A DNA stretch of 64,000 bases. Source: Escherichia phage PP01. The notes under the pieces are model-generated. The model saw nothing but the letters and a program-made list of their open reading frames with translations. It ran no database searches and had not been told where the DNA came from. Positions 10,875-20,919 of the stretch are shown piece after piece. The stretch is taken from the sequence record NC_054930.1; one strand, 5' to 3'. The stretch's first letter is position 1. Each line of letters opens with the position of its first letter. The position numbers and the translations under genes were made by a program.

Positions 10875-11882
10875 TTAGCTCACCAACTCAATCCAAGCTG
10901 GACGAAGTACATCTTGTACCATTTTAACTAATTCCTTTTTAATCAAAGAAGGATTATCTGCTTGAGTTAGAGTAATACCTTCACGAGAAGTTTCTTCCAA
11001 AATATCTTGAACAGTTAGCCCCATCACCTTTCCAAAATCCTTTGGACCAATTTCGCCAATTTTAGAAATAACGTTATTTACGCGGTTTAGTGTAACGTAA
11101 CAAGCTAAAATTCCAACCAATTTGTTATCAGCTTCTGATAGTTCAACTTTAGCTTTAATAGGCTTATCAGACTTTTTCTTTTCACTAAATTTAGAGTTCT
11201 TGCATTTAATCGCTACACGAGCACCGTTTGGCAGCCATTTAGGGAAACAAGGCTTCAGAACATAACCTTCTGCAGTATTATCACCAATAACATTAGCATC
11301 AAATACACAATTATTTGCTTCGACAAGGTCTTCCGATGCCGTAACGTTATAAGCGGCTAAGACGGAATCAAGGTCGTTTGGAATCATGATAAGAGCATCA
11401 AATGTTCCACGTCCAAGCATTGGTGCCATTTTAAAACCAAACGTATTACAGAAATCTTGCATTTCGTAATCACTCATGTAATAAGTATCACCGCTTTCCG
11501 TGTTTATGATGATATCGAATACATAGAAATCTTTTTCACCGTAGTCAACACCTTTCTGAATTCCACCACCAGCGAATTCACCAAAGACTTGATATGTCAC
11601 CGGCACTGAAGTTGAAATACTGTCCATGACTTCTTGAACGCCTTTAATAGCTTTATCATACTTTTTGAGTACTATTTCATAGCCATAAAAATCTTCTGCT
11701 GGAAGAATAGGGCCAGTACGTTTAGCGCAAGTTACTTTATCACGCTCAATAATCAATGAGAAATTTGTACCATGAATCTTTTCACGAGCTACCCACTCCC
11801 CACCAGTCAATCCCAAGCTATAAAGTTTTTCAATAAATTTAGAGTTGTAATGATTTTCAAGACTGCTATACTTTTTAAACAT
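10875..11882 (-). CDS. rnlB: RNA ligase 2
   Basis: 335 aa; N-terminus [16 protein letters not shown]; nucleotidyltransferase motif I KIHGTN. Confidence 0.93.
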   Translation of the reverse strand: MFKKYSSLENHYNSKFIEKLYSLGLTGGEWVAREKIHGTNFSLIIERDKVTCAKRTGPILPAEDFYGYEIVLKKYDKAIKGVQEVMDSISTSVPVTYQVFGEFAGGGIQKGVDYGEKDFYVFDIIINTESGDTYYMSDYEMQDFCNTFGFKMAPMLGRGTFDALIMIPNDLDSVLAAYNVTASEDLVEANNCVFDANVIGDNTAEGYVLKPCFPKWLPNGARVAIKCKNSKFSEKKKSDKPIKAKVELSEADNKLVGILACYVTLNRVNNVISKIGEIGPKDFGKVMGLTVQDILEETSREGITLTQADNPSLIKKELVKMVQDVLRPAWIELVS

Positions 11883-11891
11883 AATTAATCC

Positions 11892-12170
11892 TCAAAATGT
11901 AATTTCTAACCAATCACCATCACGCTGATCACTATTGACTTTAAAGCTGAATCCTTCTTTTCTCAGCCAATCACCAATTTCTTCAGTAATCAATTTATCA
12001 CGAGCAATACAATAATAATTAAAATGTGTTTTACCTTGTTCAGCTGCTTTATTAGCAAGTTCCGAAAAATCTTTAATAAAACATTCTAGCTTAAACTGTT
12101 TACTTTTGAATGCTTTTTCGCGTAATTGATTAGCAAAAGATTCATTTTCATAAAGATCATACTGTTCCAT
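11892..12170 (-). CDS. 24.2: Hypothetical protein (T4 24.2 position)
   Basis: 92 aa ORF; synteny. Confidence 0.7.
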   Translation of the reverse strand: MEQYDLYENESFANQLREKAFKSKQFKLECFIKDFSELANKAAEQGKTHFNYYCIARDKLITEEIGDWLRKEGFSFKVNSDQRDGDWLEITF

Positions 12171-12372
12171 TTTTCACCTTTTTATTGATATGTCTTTTTC
12201 TATAGACAACTTTTTCTCGAGTTTCAAATTTATTCTTAGCAGTCATAGCTCGAGCCCATAATACAGCCACTTCTTTTGCCTGTAAGTTCAATTCACGAGC
12301 AATTTCAATGAATGACTTTCCAGACTCATGGAGTGTAAACACCACAACCTCAGTTCTCATAATCAATCTCAT
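12157..12372 (-). CDS. 24.3: Hypothetical protein (T4 24.3 position)
   Basis: 71 aa ORF; synteny. Confidence 0.65.
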   Translation of the reverse strand: MRLIMRTEVVVFTLHESGKSFIEIARELNLQAKEVAVLWARAMTAKNKFETREKVVYRKRHINKKVKNGTV

Positions 12373-12442
12373 GTTATCGAGTTGATGCCATTATATACAC
12401 CGTTTTCTGATTGTGTTTTATGTGCTTTCAAAATGAAGAAAG

Positions 12443-12456
12443 GGGCCGAAGCCCCT
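12443..12456 (-). terminator. Hairpin GGGGC-UUCG-GCCCC (minus-strand reading) just after the hoc stop
   Basis: Inverted repeat seen. Confidence 0.5.
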
Positions 12457-12460
12457 GAGA

Positions 12461-13879
12461 TTATGGATAGGTATAGATGATACCAGTTTCTAAAGCAGTT
12501 TTATGAATGATGTATCCATTGCGCGATTCTTGAACATCAACTTCTGGATAGTCTTTCATCATCTTCTGAAGAGTGTAACGATGCAAGTAGTATTTACTAT
12601 CTGGATCTTCAGTTTTCCAATCTTTACCTTCTTCAGTCATTTTTTGGATTTCATCCATAACCCACCAACCGCACCAGATATAAGCTGAGCTACGATGTGG
12701 AAGAGGATGAACATAAGGTAATTCACCTTCTGGTTCCGGAGCAACTTTATCAGTCACTTGAACTTGACCTGTGGCTTTAACTGTTTTACTATCATAGTCA
12801 GTTGCTGTAACGACAGCAGTAACTTCAATAGTTTGACTTCCAATAGATGATGTATCAACGGTGTATACATTAGTTGACCCTTCTACAGGAGAAGAATCTT
12901 TCTTCCATGAATACGTAATTTGTGCTTCTTCCGGAGCATCCGTAACGTTAGCAGTAAATGTAGCCGAAGCATCTTGCTGAACATTAATAGAAGGAGGAGT
13001 CAATGTAACCTGTGGATTCATTGTCTTCTTATTAACTGTCAATGATACTTCATTGGAAGTAACTTCCTTTTCATTATAATTTTCTGCAGTTACTTGGGCT
13101 ACGCATTTAATTCTTTTTACTCCACTTGTAGTTGGAGTATAGTTAAATGTAGAGTTAGTTTCTCCACCAACTTGTGAATCATCTACATACCACTGATACG
13201 TGGCAGACGCTCCATCGGGTTGAGAAGCTAAGGCAGCAGTAAATTGAACCGGAGTTCCAATTACTCCAGCAGCAGGACTAGCAGGAGTTACTGCCAAGGT
13301 AGTTGTCTGCGTCTTTTTATTAACCGTCAATGATACTTCATTAGAAGTAACGCTCAATGCATCATAATCTGTCGCAGTTACTTGAGCTACACACTTGATT
13401 TTTTTAACTCCGCTTGTGGAAGGAGTGTAATTGAATGTAGCGTCAGTTGCTTCGTCTACAGGAGAACCGTCAACATACCATTGATACGTAGCAGATGCGC
13501 CCGATGGCTGTGAAGCTAAGGCAGCAGTAAATTCAACGGCTGTTCCGATTACTCCTTCTGGAGGACTATTAGGAGTTACAGCTAAGGTAGTTGTCTGTGT
13601 CTTATTTTGAACTGTGATAGTTGTACTAATTTCAGCTGTTTCAGCTTCAGCTTCTGGAACTGTATTTGTTGCAACCACTTTAATAGTCTTTTGACCAGCA
13701 GGTCCTTTTAATACATAATTAAAGGTTGCTTCAGCTCCATCCTGTGGAACATTATCTACGCTCCAAGCATAGGTAATAGTTCCACCTCCAGTTTCACCAC
13801 TGGGTGTAGCAGTAAACTGCTTGGTTTCATCAATAACCCCTGTTGGTGTTTTAGGAGTTATATCAACTGTAAAAGCCAT
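12461..13879 (-). CDS. hoc: Highly immunogenic outer capsid protein Hoc, with four Ig-like modules plus the capsid-binding C-terminus
   Basis: 472 aa; N- and C-termini as remembered for T4 Hoc (376 aa); contains an extra ~96-aa Ig-like repeat. Confidence 0.93.
   Translation of the reverse strand: MAFTVDITPKTPTGVIDETKQFTATPSGETGGGTITYAWSVDNVPQDGAEATFNYVLKGPAGQKTIKVVATNTVPEAEAETAEISTTITVQNKTQTTTLAVTPNSPPEGVIGTAVEFTAALASQPSGASATYQWYVDGSPVDEATDATFNYTPSTSGVKKIKCVAQVTATDYDALSVTSNEVSLTVNKKTQTTTLAVTPASPAAGVIGTPVQFTAALASQPDGASATYQWYVDDSQVGGETNSTFNYTPTTSGVKRIKCVAQVTAENYNEKEVTSNEVSLTVNKKTMNPQVTLTPPSINVQQDASATFTANVTDAPEEAQITYSWKKDSSPVEGSTNVYTVDTSSIGSQTIEVTAVVTATDYDSKTVKATGQVQVTDKVAPEPEGELPYVHPLPHRSSAYIWCGWWVMDEIQKMTEEGKDWKTEDPDSKYYLHRYTLQKMMKDYPEVDVQESRNGYIIHKTALETGIIYTYP
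13034..13606 (-). repeat. Tandem in-frame duplication (2 x ~288 bp) encoding two near-identical Ig-like modules within hoc
   Basis: Protein residues 92-186 and 187-282 align closely (NKTQTTTLAVTP...SNEVSLTV twice); the DNA similarity is also visible. Confidence 0.85.
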
Positions 13880-13888
13880 AAGTTATCC

Positions 13889-14569
13889 TTATTTTAATGT
13901 TACGAAAGAAGAATTGCGTGTTTCACGAATTAGAACTGATCCGTCACGATTAATGTAGTAAATTAAGCTAAACAAAGTTTGATGCGCAGATGCATGTTCA
14001 AAACTAGTTGGGTGAGATTTCCAATTCGGAGTTTCAGCAATCCACTGGTAAATCCACCAAGGAACAGTGCAGAATCCTGGATTTTTTCCAATCAACTGAA
14101 GATTCGGACTAAAGTTTTCCGGAAGAGTGAATACAGACGGCTTTTCAGATTCAATAATCTCAGCTACAGCCTGTTCGAATTTTTCTTCAACAAAAGGAGT
14201 ATCTTCAATCAAAACATCGGTATTTTCGGGAATTTTATCCGTTTCTACTACTTCAATTTTAATGTCAGATTTAACCGGAGAATCAATCAGAAGTGCTGCT
14301 TCTGGATTGACCTCTTCATCGTCATATTTTAACCCCTCTGCAGCATCAGCAGCATCGATTAAGTCTTTAATAGATAACCCATCAGTCTCTGGCATAGGTT
14401 CATTAGCGAGCTTCTGGAGGGCTTCTTCAATATCAATAACGATATTATCAAAAGATTTATTCTTTTTGACCTTTATACCAAACTGTTCAGCATATTCAGC
14501 TAATTTAGCCTTAGCTTCTTTATTATCATCAAGAGCCTTCAGCTCTGCAATATAATCTTTATCTATCAT
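13889..14569 (-). CDS. inh: Inh, inhibitor of the prohead protease
   Basis: 226 aa; synteny between hoc and uvsW. Confidence 0.85.
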   Translation of the reverse strand: MIDKDYIAELKALDDNKEAKAKLAEYAEQFGIKVKKNKSFDNIVIDIEEALQKLANEPMPETDGLSIKDLIDAADAAEGLKYDDEEVNPEAALLIDSPVKSDIKIEVVETDKIPENTDVLIEDTPFVEEKFEQAVAEIIESEKPSVFTLPENFSPNLQLIGKNPGFCTVPWWIYQWIAETPNWKSHPTSFEHASAHQTLFSLIYYINRDGSVLIRETRNSSFVTLK

Positions 14570-14582
14570 AATATTTCCTCAG

Positions 14583-14590
14583 TATAAATA
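14583..14590 (+). promoter_or_regulatory. Late promoter TATAAATA for uvsW
   Basis: Exact TATAAATA about 29 nt upstream of ATG 14620. Confidence 0.65.
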
Positions 14591-14619
14591 TAGATATATT
14601 TATTACATGGTATTTAGAC

Positions 14620-16131
14620 ATGACTGACATTAAAGTACATTTTTACGATTTTAGTCACGTGAGAATTGATTGTGAAGAAAGTACATTTCATGAACTCCGT
14701 GATTTCTTTAGCTTTGAAGCTGATGGGTATCGTTTTAATCCGAAATACAAATATGGTCACTGGGATGGACGAATCCGTCTTTTAGATTATAATCGCCTTC
14801 TTCCATTCGGTTTAGTTGGGCAAATTAAAAAGTTCTGTGATAACTTTGGCTATAAAGCCTGGATTGACCCGCAAATTAATGAAAAAGAAGAATTATCAAG
14901 AAAAGATTTTGATGAATGGATTTCTAAATTAGAAATCTATTCAGGAAATAAAAGAATTGAACCACACTGGTATCAAAAAGATGCAGTGTTCGAAGGATTA
15001 GTTAATCGTCGTAGAATTCTTAATCTTCCAACATCCGCAGGTAAATCTTTAATTCAAGCTTTGCTTGCACGTTATTATTTGGAAAATTATGAAGGTAAAA
15101 TTCTTATCATTGTTCCAACAACTGCTTTAACAACTCAGATGGCTGATGACTTTGTTGACTATCGTTTATTCAGTCATGCAATGATAAAGAAAATCGGTGG
15201 TGGAGCATCAAAAGATGATAAATATAAAAATGATGCACCAGTCGTTGTGGGTACATGGCAAACTGTAGTAAAACAACCAAAAGAATGGTTTTCCCAATTT
15301 GGTATGATGATGAATGATGAATGCCATCTTGCTACAGGAAAAAGTATTTCATCTATCATATCGGGTTTAAATAACTGCATGTTCAAATTCGGTTTGTCTG
15401 GTTCATTACGTGATGGAAAAGCCAATATCATGCAGTATGTTGGAATGTTTGGTGAAATATTTAAGCCAGTAACGACTTCTAAATTAATGGAAGATGGGCA
15501 AGTAACTGAGCTAAAAATTAATAGTATTTTTCTTCGCTATCCTGATGAGTTCACTACTAAATTAAAGGGAAAAACTTACCAAGAAGAAATAAAAATTATT
15601 ACTGGACTCAGTAAAAGAAATAAATGGATTGCTAAATTAGCTATTAAACTTGCACAAAAAGATGAAAACGCTTTTGTCATGTTTAAGCATGTATCACATG
15701 GTAAAGCTATTTTCGATTTAATTAAAAATGAATACGATAAAGTTTATTACGTATCAGGGGAAGTTGATACCGAAACACGCAACGTAATGAAAACCTTAGC
15801 TGAAAACGGTAAAGGAATAATTATAGTAGCTAGTTATGGTGTATTTTCTACTGGTATTTCAGTTAAAAATCTGCATCACGTTATTTTAGCGCACGGTGTT
15901 AAATCTAAAATTATTGTATTGCAAACAATAGGTCGCGTATTACGTAAGCATGGTTCTAAAACAATCGCAACGGTCTGGGACCTCATAGATGATTGTGGTG
16001 TTAAGCCAAAATCTGCTAATACGAAAAAGAAATATGTTCATTTGAACTATCTTTTAAAACACGGCATTGATCGTATTCAGCGCTACGCAGATGAAAAATT
16101 TAATTACGTAATGAAAACAGTTAATTTATAA
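14620..16131 (+). CDS. uvsW: UvsW SF2 DNA helicase (recombination and repair)
   Basis: 503 aa; Walker A PTSAGKS and DECH box; synteny. Confidence 0.95.
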   Translation: MTDIKVHFYDFSHVRIDCEESTFHELRDFFSFEADGYRFNPKYKYGHWDGRIRLLDYNRLLPFGLVGQIKKFCDNFGYKAWIDPQINEKEELSRKDFDEWISKLEIYSGNKRIEPHWYQKDAVFEGLVNRRRILNLPTSAGKSLIQALLARYYLENYEGKILIIVPTTALTTQMADDFVDYRLFSHAMIKKIGGGASKDDKYKNDAPVVVGTWQTVVKQPKEWFSQFGMMMNDECHLATGKSISSIISGLNNCMFKFGLSGSLRDGKANIMQYVGMFGEIFKPVTTSKLMEDGQVTELKINSIFLRYPDEFTTKLKGKTYQEEIKIITGLSKRNKWIAKLAIKLAQKDENAFVMFKHVSHGKAIFDLIKNEYDKVYYVSGEVDTETRNVMKTLAENGKGIIIVASYGVFSTGISVKNLHHVILAHGVKSKIIVLQTIGRVLRKHGSKTIATVWDLIDDCGVKPKSANTKKKYVHLNYLLKHGIDRIQRYADEKFNYVMKTVNL

Positions 16132-16144
16132 GGGCTTCGGCCCT
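16131..16144 (+). terminator. Hairpin AGGGC-UUCG-GCCCU after uvsW
   Basis: Inverted repeat. Confidence 0.4.
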
Positions 16145-16387
16145 TTGGAGAAAAAGATGTTACTAGAATTTAAACAATTTCTTTATGAAGCTTCTATTGA
16201 TGAATTTATGGGTAAAATTGCCTCTTGTCAAACATTAGAAGGTTTAGAAGAACTTGAAGCTTATTATAAGAAAAGAGTCAAAGAAACTGAATTAAAAGAT
16301 ACTGATGACATCTCTGTGAGAGATGCTTTGGCAGGAAAAAGAGCTGAATTAGAAGATTCAGATGATGAAGTAGAAGAAAGCTTTTAA
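16145..16387 (+). CDS. uvsW.1: UvsW.1 small acidic protein
   Basis: 80 aa ORF directly downstream of uvsW. Confidence 0.75.
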   Translation: MEKKMLLEFKQFLYEASIDEFMGKIASCQTLEGLEELEAYYKKRVKETELKDTDDISVRDALAGKRAELEDSDDEVEESF

Positions 16388-16442
16388 ATTAAAAAAGGCC
16401 CAACCAAAAAGGAAGGGCCAAAACTATAGACTAAAGGTCACA

Positions 16443-16610
16443 CTATAGCAAAAGTTGTGTTTCATTTAATTGTTCTTCCGAACTTTCTGAAACTGGTAGT
16501 TCTTTAATGTAATTATAGCAAGGCCCAGGATGTACAGGACCTTTGTCTGTTTCAACAACCAATGCAGAATCGATTGGAGTTTTACAGACAACACAAATCT
16601 TATCTGACAT
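16443..16610 (-). CDS. uvsY.-2: Small Cys-containing protein (T4 uvsY.-2 position), 55 aa; not in the ORF track
   Basis: Hand-translated ATG..TAG (MSDKICVVCKTPIDSALVVETDKGPVHPGPCYNYIK...); GAGGAG RBS and a TATAAATA upstream. Confidence 0.55.
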   Translation of the reverse strand: MSDKICVVCKTPIDSALVVETDKGPVHPGPCYNYIKELPVSESSEEQLNETQLLL

Positions 16611-16635
16611 GATTGTCTCCTCTGAATTATATATC

Positions 16636-16643
16636 TATTTATA
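16636..16643 (-). promoter_or_regulatory. Late promoter TATAAATA (minus strand) upstream of the 55-aa ORF
   Basis: Reverse complement is exact TATAAATA. Confidence 0.55.
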
Positions 16644-16733
16644 ACCCCATCTTAAAACGCATTTCTTGTACACGCTTTAAACATGCTTCCATTTCTGCTA
16701 AAAGTCTAAATACTTCTTTATAATTTGTCATAT

Positions 16734-16961
16734 TTACCCCATATCTCTCATATGCATATCAATGCCCATATCTTTAGAATAAAAATATTCATCAAGATAT
16801 CCGGCAAATTTTCCTTTAATATAAAGGACATCTTCACCACACGGGTGGTCGGCCAGGATACGAATATCCTGACGCTTGAGATTATACTTTTTCATTAAGA
16901 ATTGAATTTCCGTTTCAAATTCTTCTTCATAATTAAAAGCATCATCAATGCTATATCTCAT
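16734..16961 (-). CDS. uvsY.-1: Hypothetical protein (T4 uvsY.-1 position)
   Basis: 75 aa; start overlaps the uvsY stop. Confidence 0.75.
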   Translation of the reverse strand: MRYSIDDAFNYEEEFETEIQFLMKKYNLKRQDIRILADHPCGEDVLYIKGKFAGYLDEYFYSKDMGIDMHMRDMG

Positions 16962-17374
16962 TATTTTCCAGCCTCAAATGCTCGCATGTCTTGAATATGC
17001 TTAATAGCAAATCCACGTGATTTAATAGCATCAAGAGCTCCGCTACAGAAATCTAATAAAATCCCCCAATACTGTAACGAGGTATCAACCTTTAAAACAT
17101 CCTTATCAGCTGATAGAACTGTCTTCATTTCTGATTTCTCGTAACGATCCATACTAAATTCATCACCATCTCCTCGTCCCGAGTAGTAGTCTAATTTAGC
17201 TTTAAGAGCAACTTTTTTCTGTGCTTCAATTCTAAGCATTTCCTTTTTAATACTTGAATGCTTATTAAGCCATTTACTATATAACATCACATTATTAGCT
17301 GCTTCATATTGTAATTTAGTCGAATCTATAAACACATCTTTCTTCAATTCTTCTTGAAGATCTTCTAATTTCAT
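16961..17374 (-). CDS. uvsY: UvsY recombination mediator protein
   Basis: 137 aa; sequence as remembered for T4 UvsY. Confidence 0.93.
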   Translation of the reverse strand: MKLEDLQEELKKDVFIDSTKLQYEAANNVMLYSKWLNKHSSIKKEMLRIEAQKKVALKAKLDYYSGRGDGDEFSMDRYEKSEMKTVLSADKDVLKVDTSLQYWGILLDFCSGALDAIKSRGFAIKHIQDMRAFEAGK

Positions 17375-17440
17375 ACTGTTCTCTATTCAATTGTTATTGG
17401 ATGGACTTAGATTCATTATACCACGTTTATACGTGAAGCA

Positions 17441-17839
17441 TTATACTCTATTACTGGAAGCCAGTTGCAGTTTTATCTGCTCAATATCATCAGGGTTATC
17501 AATGACCGAAAAGCGTATTTCTACTATCAGAGTATAATCATCATAAACCGGTATTACATTAACTGCTAATTTATCAATACGTGGCTCATAGTTTCTTACT
17601 GCGCTTTCGATGTTACGCTCAACCGTATCAGCAGTAAGAGGAGTCATATTTTCAAAAAGCTGATCTGATAAATCACATCCAAATTCAGGGTCAAACGGTC
17701 TTGAACCTTTTCTTGTTGTAATAATTCCTAAAAGACTGTTTTTAATTGACCTTAATCCAAGCGATCTGGAAACGTCTTTGTTCCAATCCATTTTCATTTC
17801 CGGGTCAATGTCAGAATAAAGCTTATTAATATTTGCCAT
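17441..17839 (-). CDS. 25: Baseplate wedge protein gp25
   Basis: 132 aa; synteny. Confidence 0.93.
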   Translation of the reverse strand: MANINKLYSDIDPEMKMDWNKDVSRSLGLRSIKNSLLGIITTRKGSRPFDPEFGCDLSDQLFENMTPLTADTVERNIESAVRNYEPRIDKLAVNVIPVYDDYTLIVEIRFSVIDNPDDIEQIKLQLASSNRV

Positions 17840-18465
17840 TATAGTAACTCAAAGAACTCTTTGAGGCCTCTTATTACGTGAGCATGGGTTTTTCCACACT
17901 CTGGACACTTAATTGGAACAGCCAAATAAACGGTAGGTTTTAAAAGCATATCTTTTATAGCTACAATATCTGACTCTGTGATGATAGAATATAAATCTTC
18001 TAGTTCCTTTTCATTTAAGTCTTCAACTGGAATGCTTTCCCCGTTAGCATGAATCGTTTCTATGCATGATACTATCATGTGGGCTATATTTTTATCATCA
18101 AAAATTTTAGGGTATCGGAATTTAATTTTAATGTCACCCAGTGTATACCAGAGGTCTTCTGGTGCATCTATTTGTGTATGTAATAGATTTATATGGGTTG
18201 GTATTTCAGTTCCACAGGTGCACTTCCAGGAGTTTTCGTGATTAACTTCGCCGAGAGAATGTGCCCATAAATGAATCAACAATAGTTCTGATTCTTGGCG
18301 GTTTAAATCTTTTGCATTTGTGCAGTCTTTGATTAGCTTTTTAACAATTACTTCTACGGAACCATTATTTTTGGCAGTAATAAGTTCTAGATATTCTTTA
18401 AGCGTGAATGCGCGACAATTGATTATTTTAGAACCAACTCTCACATCAAATTTGTATTCATACAT
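17839..18465 (-). CDS. 26: Baseplate hub protein gp26
   Basis: 208 aa; synteny. Confidence 0.9.
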   Translation of the reverse strand: MYEYKFDVRVGSKIINCRAFTLKEYLELITAKNNGSVEVIVKKLIKDCTNAKDLNRQESELLLIHLWAHSLGEVNHENSWKCTCGTEIPTHINLLHTQIDAPEDLWYTLGDIKIKFRYPKIFDDKNIAHMIVSCIETIHANGESIPVEDLNEKELEDLYSIITESDIVAIKDMLLKPTVYLAVPIKCPECGKTHAHVIRGLKEFFELL

Positions 18466-18487
18466 ATTTTAGCTCCTTTATTTATCA

Positions 18488-18499
18488 TATTTATAAATA
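18488..18499. promoter_or_regulatory. Overlapping divergent late promoters: TATAAATA on the plus strand (18492-18499, gene 51) and on the minus strand (18488-18495, gene 26)
   Basis: Near-palindromic TTTATAAATA read on both strands between divergent genes 26 and 51. Confidence 0.65.
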
Positions 18500-18516
18500 G
18501 AATAAAAGGAGCATCT

Positions 18517-19266
18517 ATGGCAAACATTATTCGTTGTAAATTACCAGATGGTGTTCATCGTTTTAAACCATTTACGGTAGAAGATTATCGAGATTTTTTG
18601 TTAGTTCGAAACGATATAGAACATCGGTCACCACAAGAACAAAAAGAAATAATTACTGATTTAATTGATGATTATTTTGGAGACTATCCGAAGACTTGGC
18701 AACCATTTATATTTTTGCAGGTATTTGTAGGGTCAATAGGTAAAACTAAAGTACCGGTCACATTTGTATGTCCAAAATGTAAAAAAGAAAAGACAGTTCC
18801 ATTTGAAATATATCAAAAAGAATTAAAGGAACCTGTTTTTGATGTAGCTAATGTTAAAATTAAATTAAAGTTTCCTTCTGAGTTTTATGAAAATAAAGCA
18901 AAGATGATTACTGAAAATATTCATTCCGTCCAAGTAGATGAAATTTGGTATGATTGGAAGGAAATTAGCGAGTCCAGTCAAATAGAACTAGTTGACGCCA
19001 TCGAGATAGAAACATTAGAAAAAATTCTCGATGCAATGAATCCTATTAATTTAACTCTACATATGTCATGCTGTAATAAGTACATTAAAAAATACACTGA
19101 TATAGTAGACGTGTTTAAGCTATTAGTTAACCCAGATGAGATATTTACTTTTTATCAAATTAATCACACACTCGTAAAAAGTAATTATAGCTTAAATTCA
19201 ATAATGAAAATGATTCCTGCCGAGCGCGGATTCGTATTAAAACTGATTGAGAAGGATAAACAATAA
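18517..19266 (+). CDS. 51: Baseplate hub assembly protein gp51
   Basis: 249 aa; synteny. Confidence 0.9.
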   Translation: MANIIRCKLPDGVHRFKPFTVEDYRDFLLVRNDIEHRSPQEQKEIITDLIDDYFGDYPKTWQPFIFLQVFVGSIGKTKVPVTFVCPKCKKEKTVPFEIYQKELKEPVFDVANVKIKLKFPSEFYENKAKMITENIHSVQVDEIWYDWKEISESSQIELVDAIEIETLEKILDAMNPINLTLHMSCCNKYIKKYTDIVDVFKLLVNPDEIFTFYQINHTLVKSNYSLNSIMKMIPAERGFVLKLIEKDKQ

Positions 19267-20441
19267 TGAGTATGTTGCAACGCCCCGGATATCCAAATCT
19301 CAGCGTTAAATTATTTGATAGCTACGACGCTTGGAGTAATAATAGATTTGTTGAATTAGCTGCTACTATTACCACATTAACTATGCGGGATTCTCTTTAT
19401 GGCCGAAATGAAGGAATGCTGCAGTTTTATGATTCTAAAAACATCCATACAAAAATGGATGGAAATGAAATAATTCAGATTTCTGTAGCTAATGCAAACG
19501 ATATTAATAATGTTAAAACAAGAGTTTATGGATGTAAGCATTTTTCCGTGTCAGTAGATTCAAAGGGTGATAACATCATTGCTATTGAATTGGGAACTAT
19601 TCATTCTATAGAAAATCTTAAATTTGGTAGACCGTTTTTCCCTGATGCAGGTGAATCTATAAAGGAAATGCTTGGCGTCATTTATCAAGATCGCACATTA
19701 TTAACTCCAGCAATAAATGCTATAAATGCTTATGTTCCTGATATTCCGTGGACTAGCACATTTGAAAACTATTTGTCATATGTCAGAGAAGTTGCTCTAG
19801 CTGTAGGAAGTGACAAATTTGTATTTGTATGGCAAGACATCATGGGAGTTAACATGATGGACTATGATATGATGATAAATCAAGAACCGTATCCAATGAT
19901 TGTCGGTGAGCCATCTTTAATAGGTCAATTCATCCAAGAATTAAAATATCCATTGGCATATGATTTCGTTTGGTTGACTAAATCGAATCCTCACAAACGT
20001 GACCCAATGAAAAATGCTACTATCTATGCGCATTCATTTTTAGATTCTTCAATACCAATGATTACTACAGGAAAGGGTGAAAACTCTATTGTAGTGTCAA
20101 GGTCAGGTGCTTATTCTGAAATGACTTATAGGAATGGATATGAAGAAGCTATTCGTCTTCAAACTATGGCACAATATGACGGCTATGCTAAATGTTCTAC
20201 TGTCGGTAATTTTAACTTGACTCCTGGTGTTAAAATTATTTTTAATGATAGTAAAAACCAATTTAAAACAGAATTTTACGTTGATGAAGTTATTCATGAA
20301 TTATCCAATAATAATTCAGTAACTCATCTATATATGTTCACTAATGCAACGAAACTGGAAACAATAGACCCAGTTAAGGTTAAAAATGAATTTAAATCTG
20401 ATACTACCACTGAAGAAAGTAGTTCTTCCAATAAGCAATAA
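19266..20441 (+). CDS. 27: Baseplate hub protein gp27
   Basis: 391 aa; synteny. Confidence 0.93.
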   Translation: MSMLQRPGYPNLSVKLFDSYDAWSNNRFVELAATITTLTMRDSLYGRNEGMLQFYDSKNIHTKMDGNEIIQISVANANDINNVKTRVYGCKHFSVSVDSKGDNIIAIELGTIHSIENLKFGRPFFPDAGESIKEMLGVIYQDRTLLTPAINAINAYVPDIPWTSTFENYLSYVREVALAVGSDKFVFVWQDIMGVNMMDYDMMINQEPYPMIVGEPSLIGQFIQELKYPLAYDFVWLTKSNPHKRDPMKNATIYAHSFLDSSIPMITTGKGENSIVVSRSGAYSEMTYRNGYEEAIRLQTMAQYDGYAKCSTVGNFNLTPGVKIIFNDSKNQFKTEFYVDEVIHELSNNNSVTHLYMFTNATKLETIDPVKVKNEFKSDTTTEESSSSNKQ

Positions 20442-20919
20442 AGAAGTTTCTATTCCTAAAATGGGTCTTAAACACTATAACATTTTAAAAGATGTTAAAG
20501 GACCTGATGAAAATTTAAAACTTCTTATTGATTCTATTTGTCCGAATTTATCACCGGCAGAAGTTGATTTCGTTTCTATTCATTTATTGGAATTTAATGG
20601 AAAGATTAAATCTCGTAAAGAAATAGATGGCTATACTTATGACATTAATGATGTTTATGTGTGCCAAAGATTAGAATTTCAATACCAAGGAAATACATTT
20701 TATTTTAGACCTCCTGGAAAATTTGAACAATTTTTAACGGTGAGCGATATGTTATCCAAGTGCTTGCTTAAGGTCAATAATGAAGTTAAAGAAATTAATT
20801 TTCTTGAGATGCCAGCATTCGTTTTAAAATGGGCAAATGACATTTTTACAACTTTAGCAATTCCTGGCCCTAATGGTCCAATAACCGGAATTGGCAATAT
20901 TATTGGATTATTTGAATGA
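20386..20919 (+). CDS. 28: Baseplate hub distal protein gp28
   Basis: 177 aa; overlaps the gp27 3' end as in T4. Confidence 0.88.
   Translation: MNLNLILPLKKVVLPISNKEVSIPKMGLKHYNILKDVKGPDENLKLLIDSICPNLSPAEVDFVSIHLLEFNGKIKSRKEIDGYTYDINDVYVCQRLEFQYQGNTFYFRPPGKFEQFLTVSDMLSKCLLKVNNEVKEINFLEMPAFVLKWANDIFTTLAIPGPNGPITGIGNIIGLFE

Noticed and set aside
16611-16733. A 30-aa ORF (16639-16731, minus) in the uvsY.-2 / uvsY.-1 spacer
   Set aside because: It is very short and overlaps the late-promoter sequence; not supportable without expression data.
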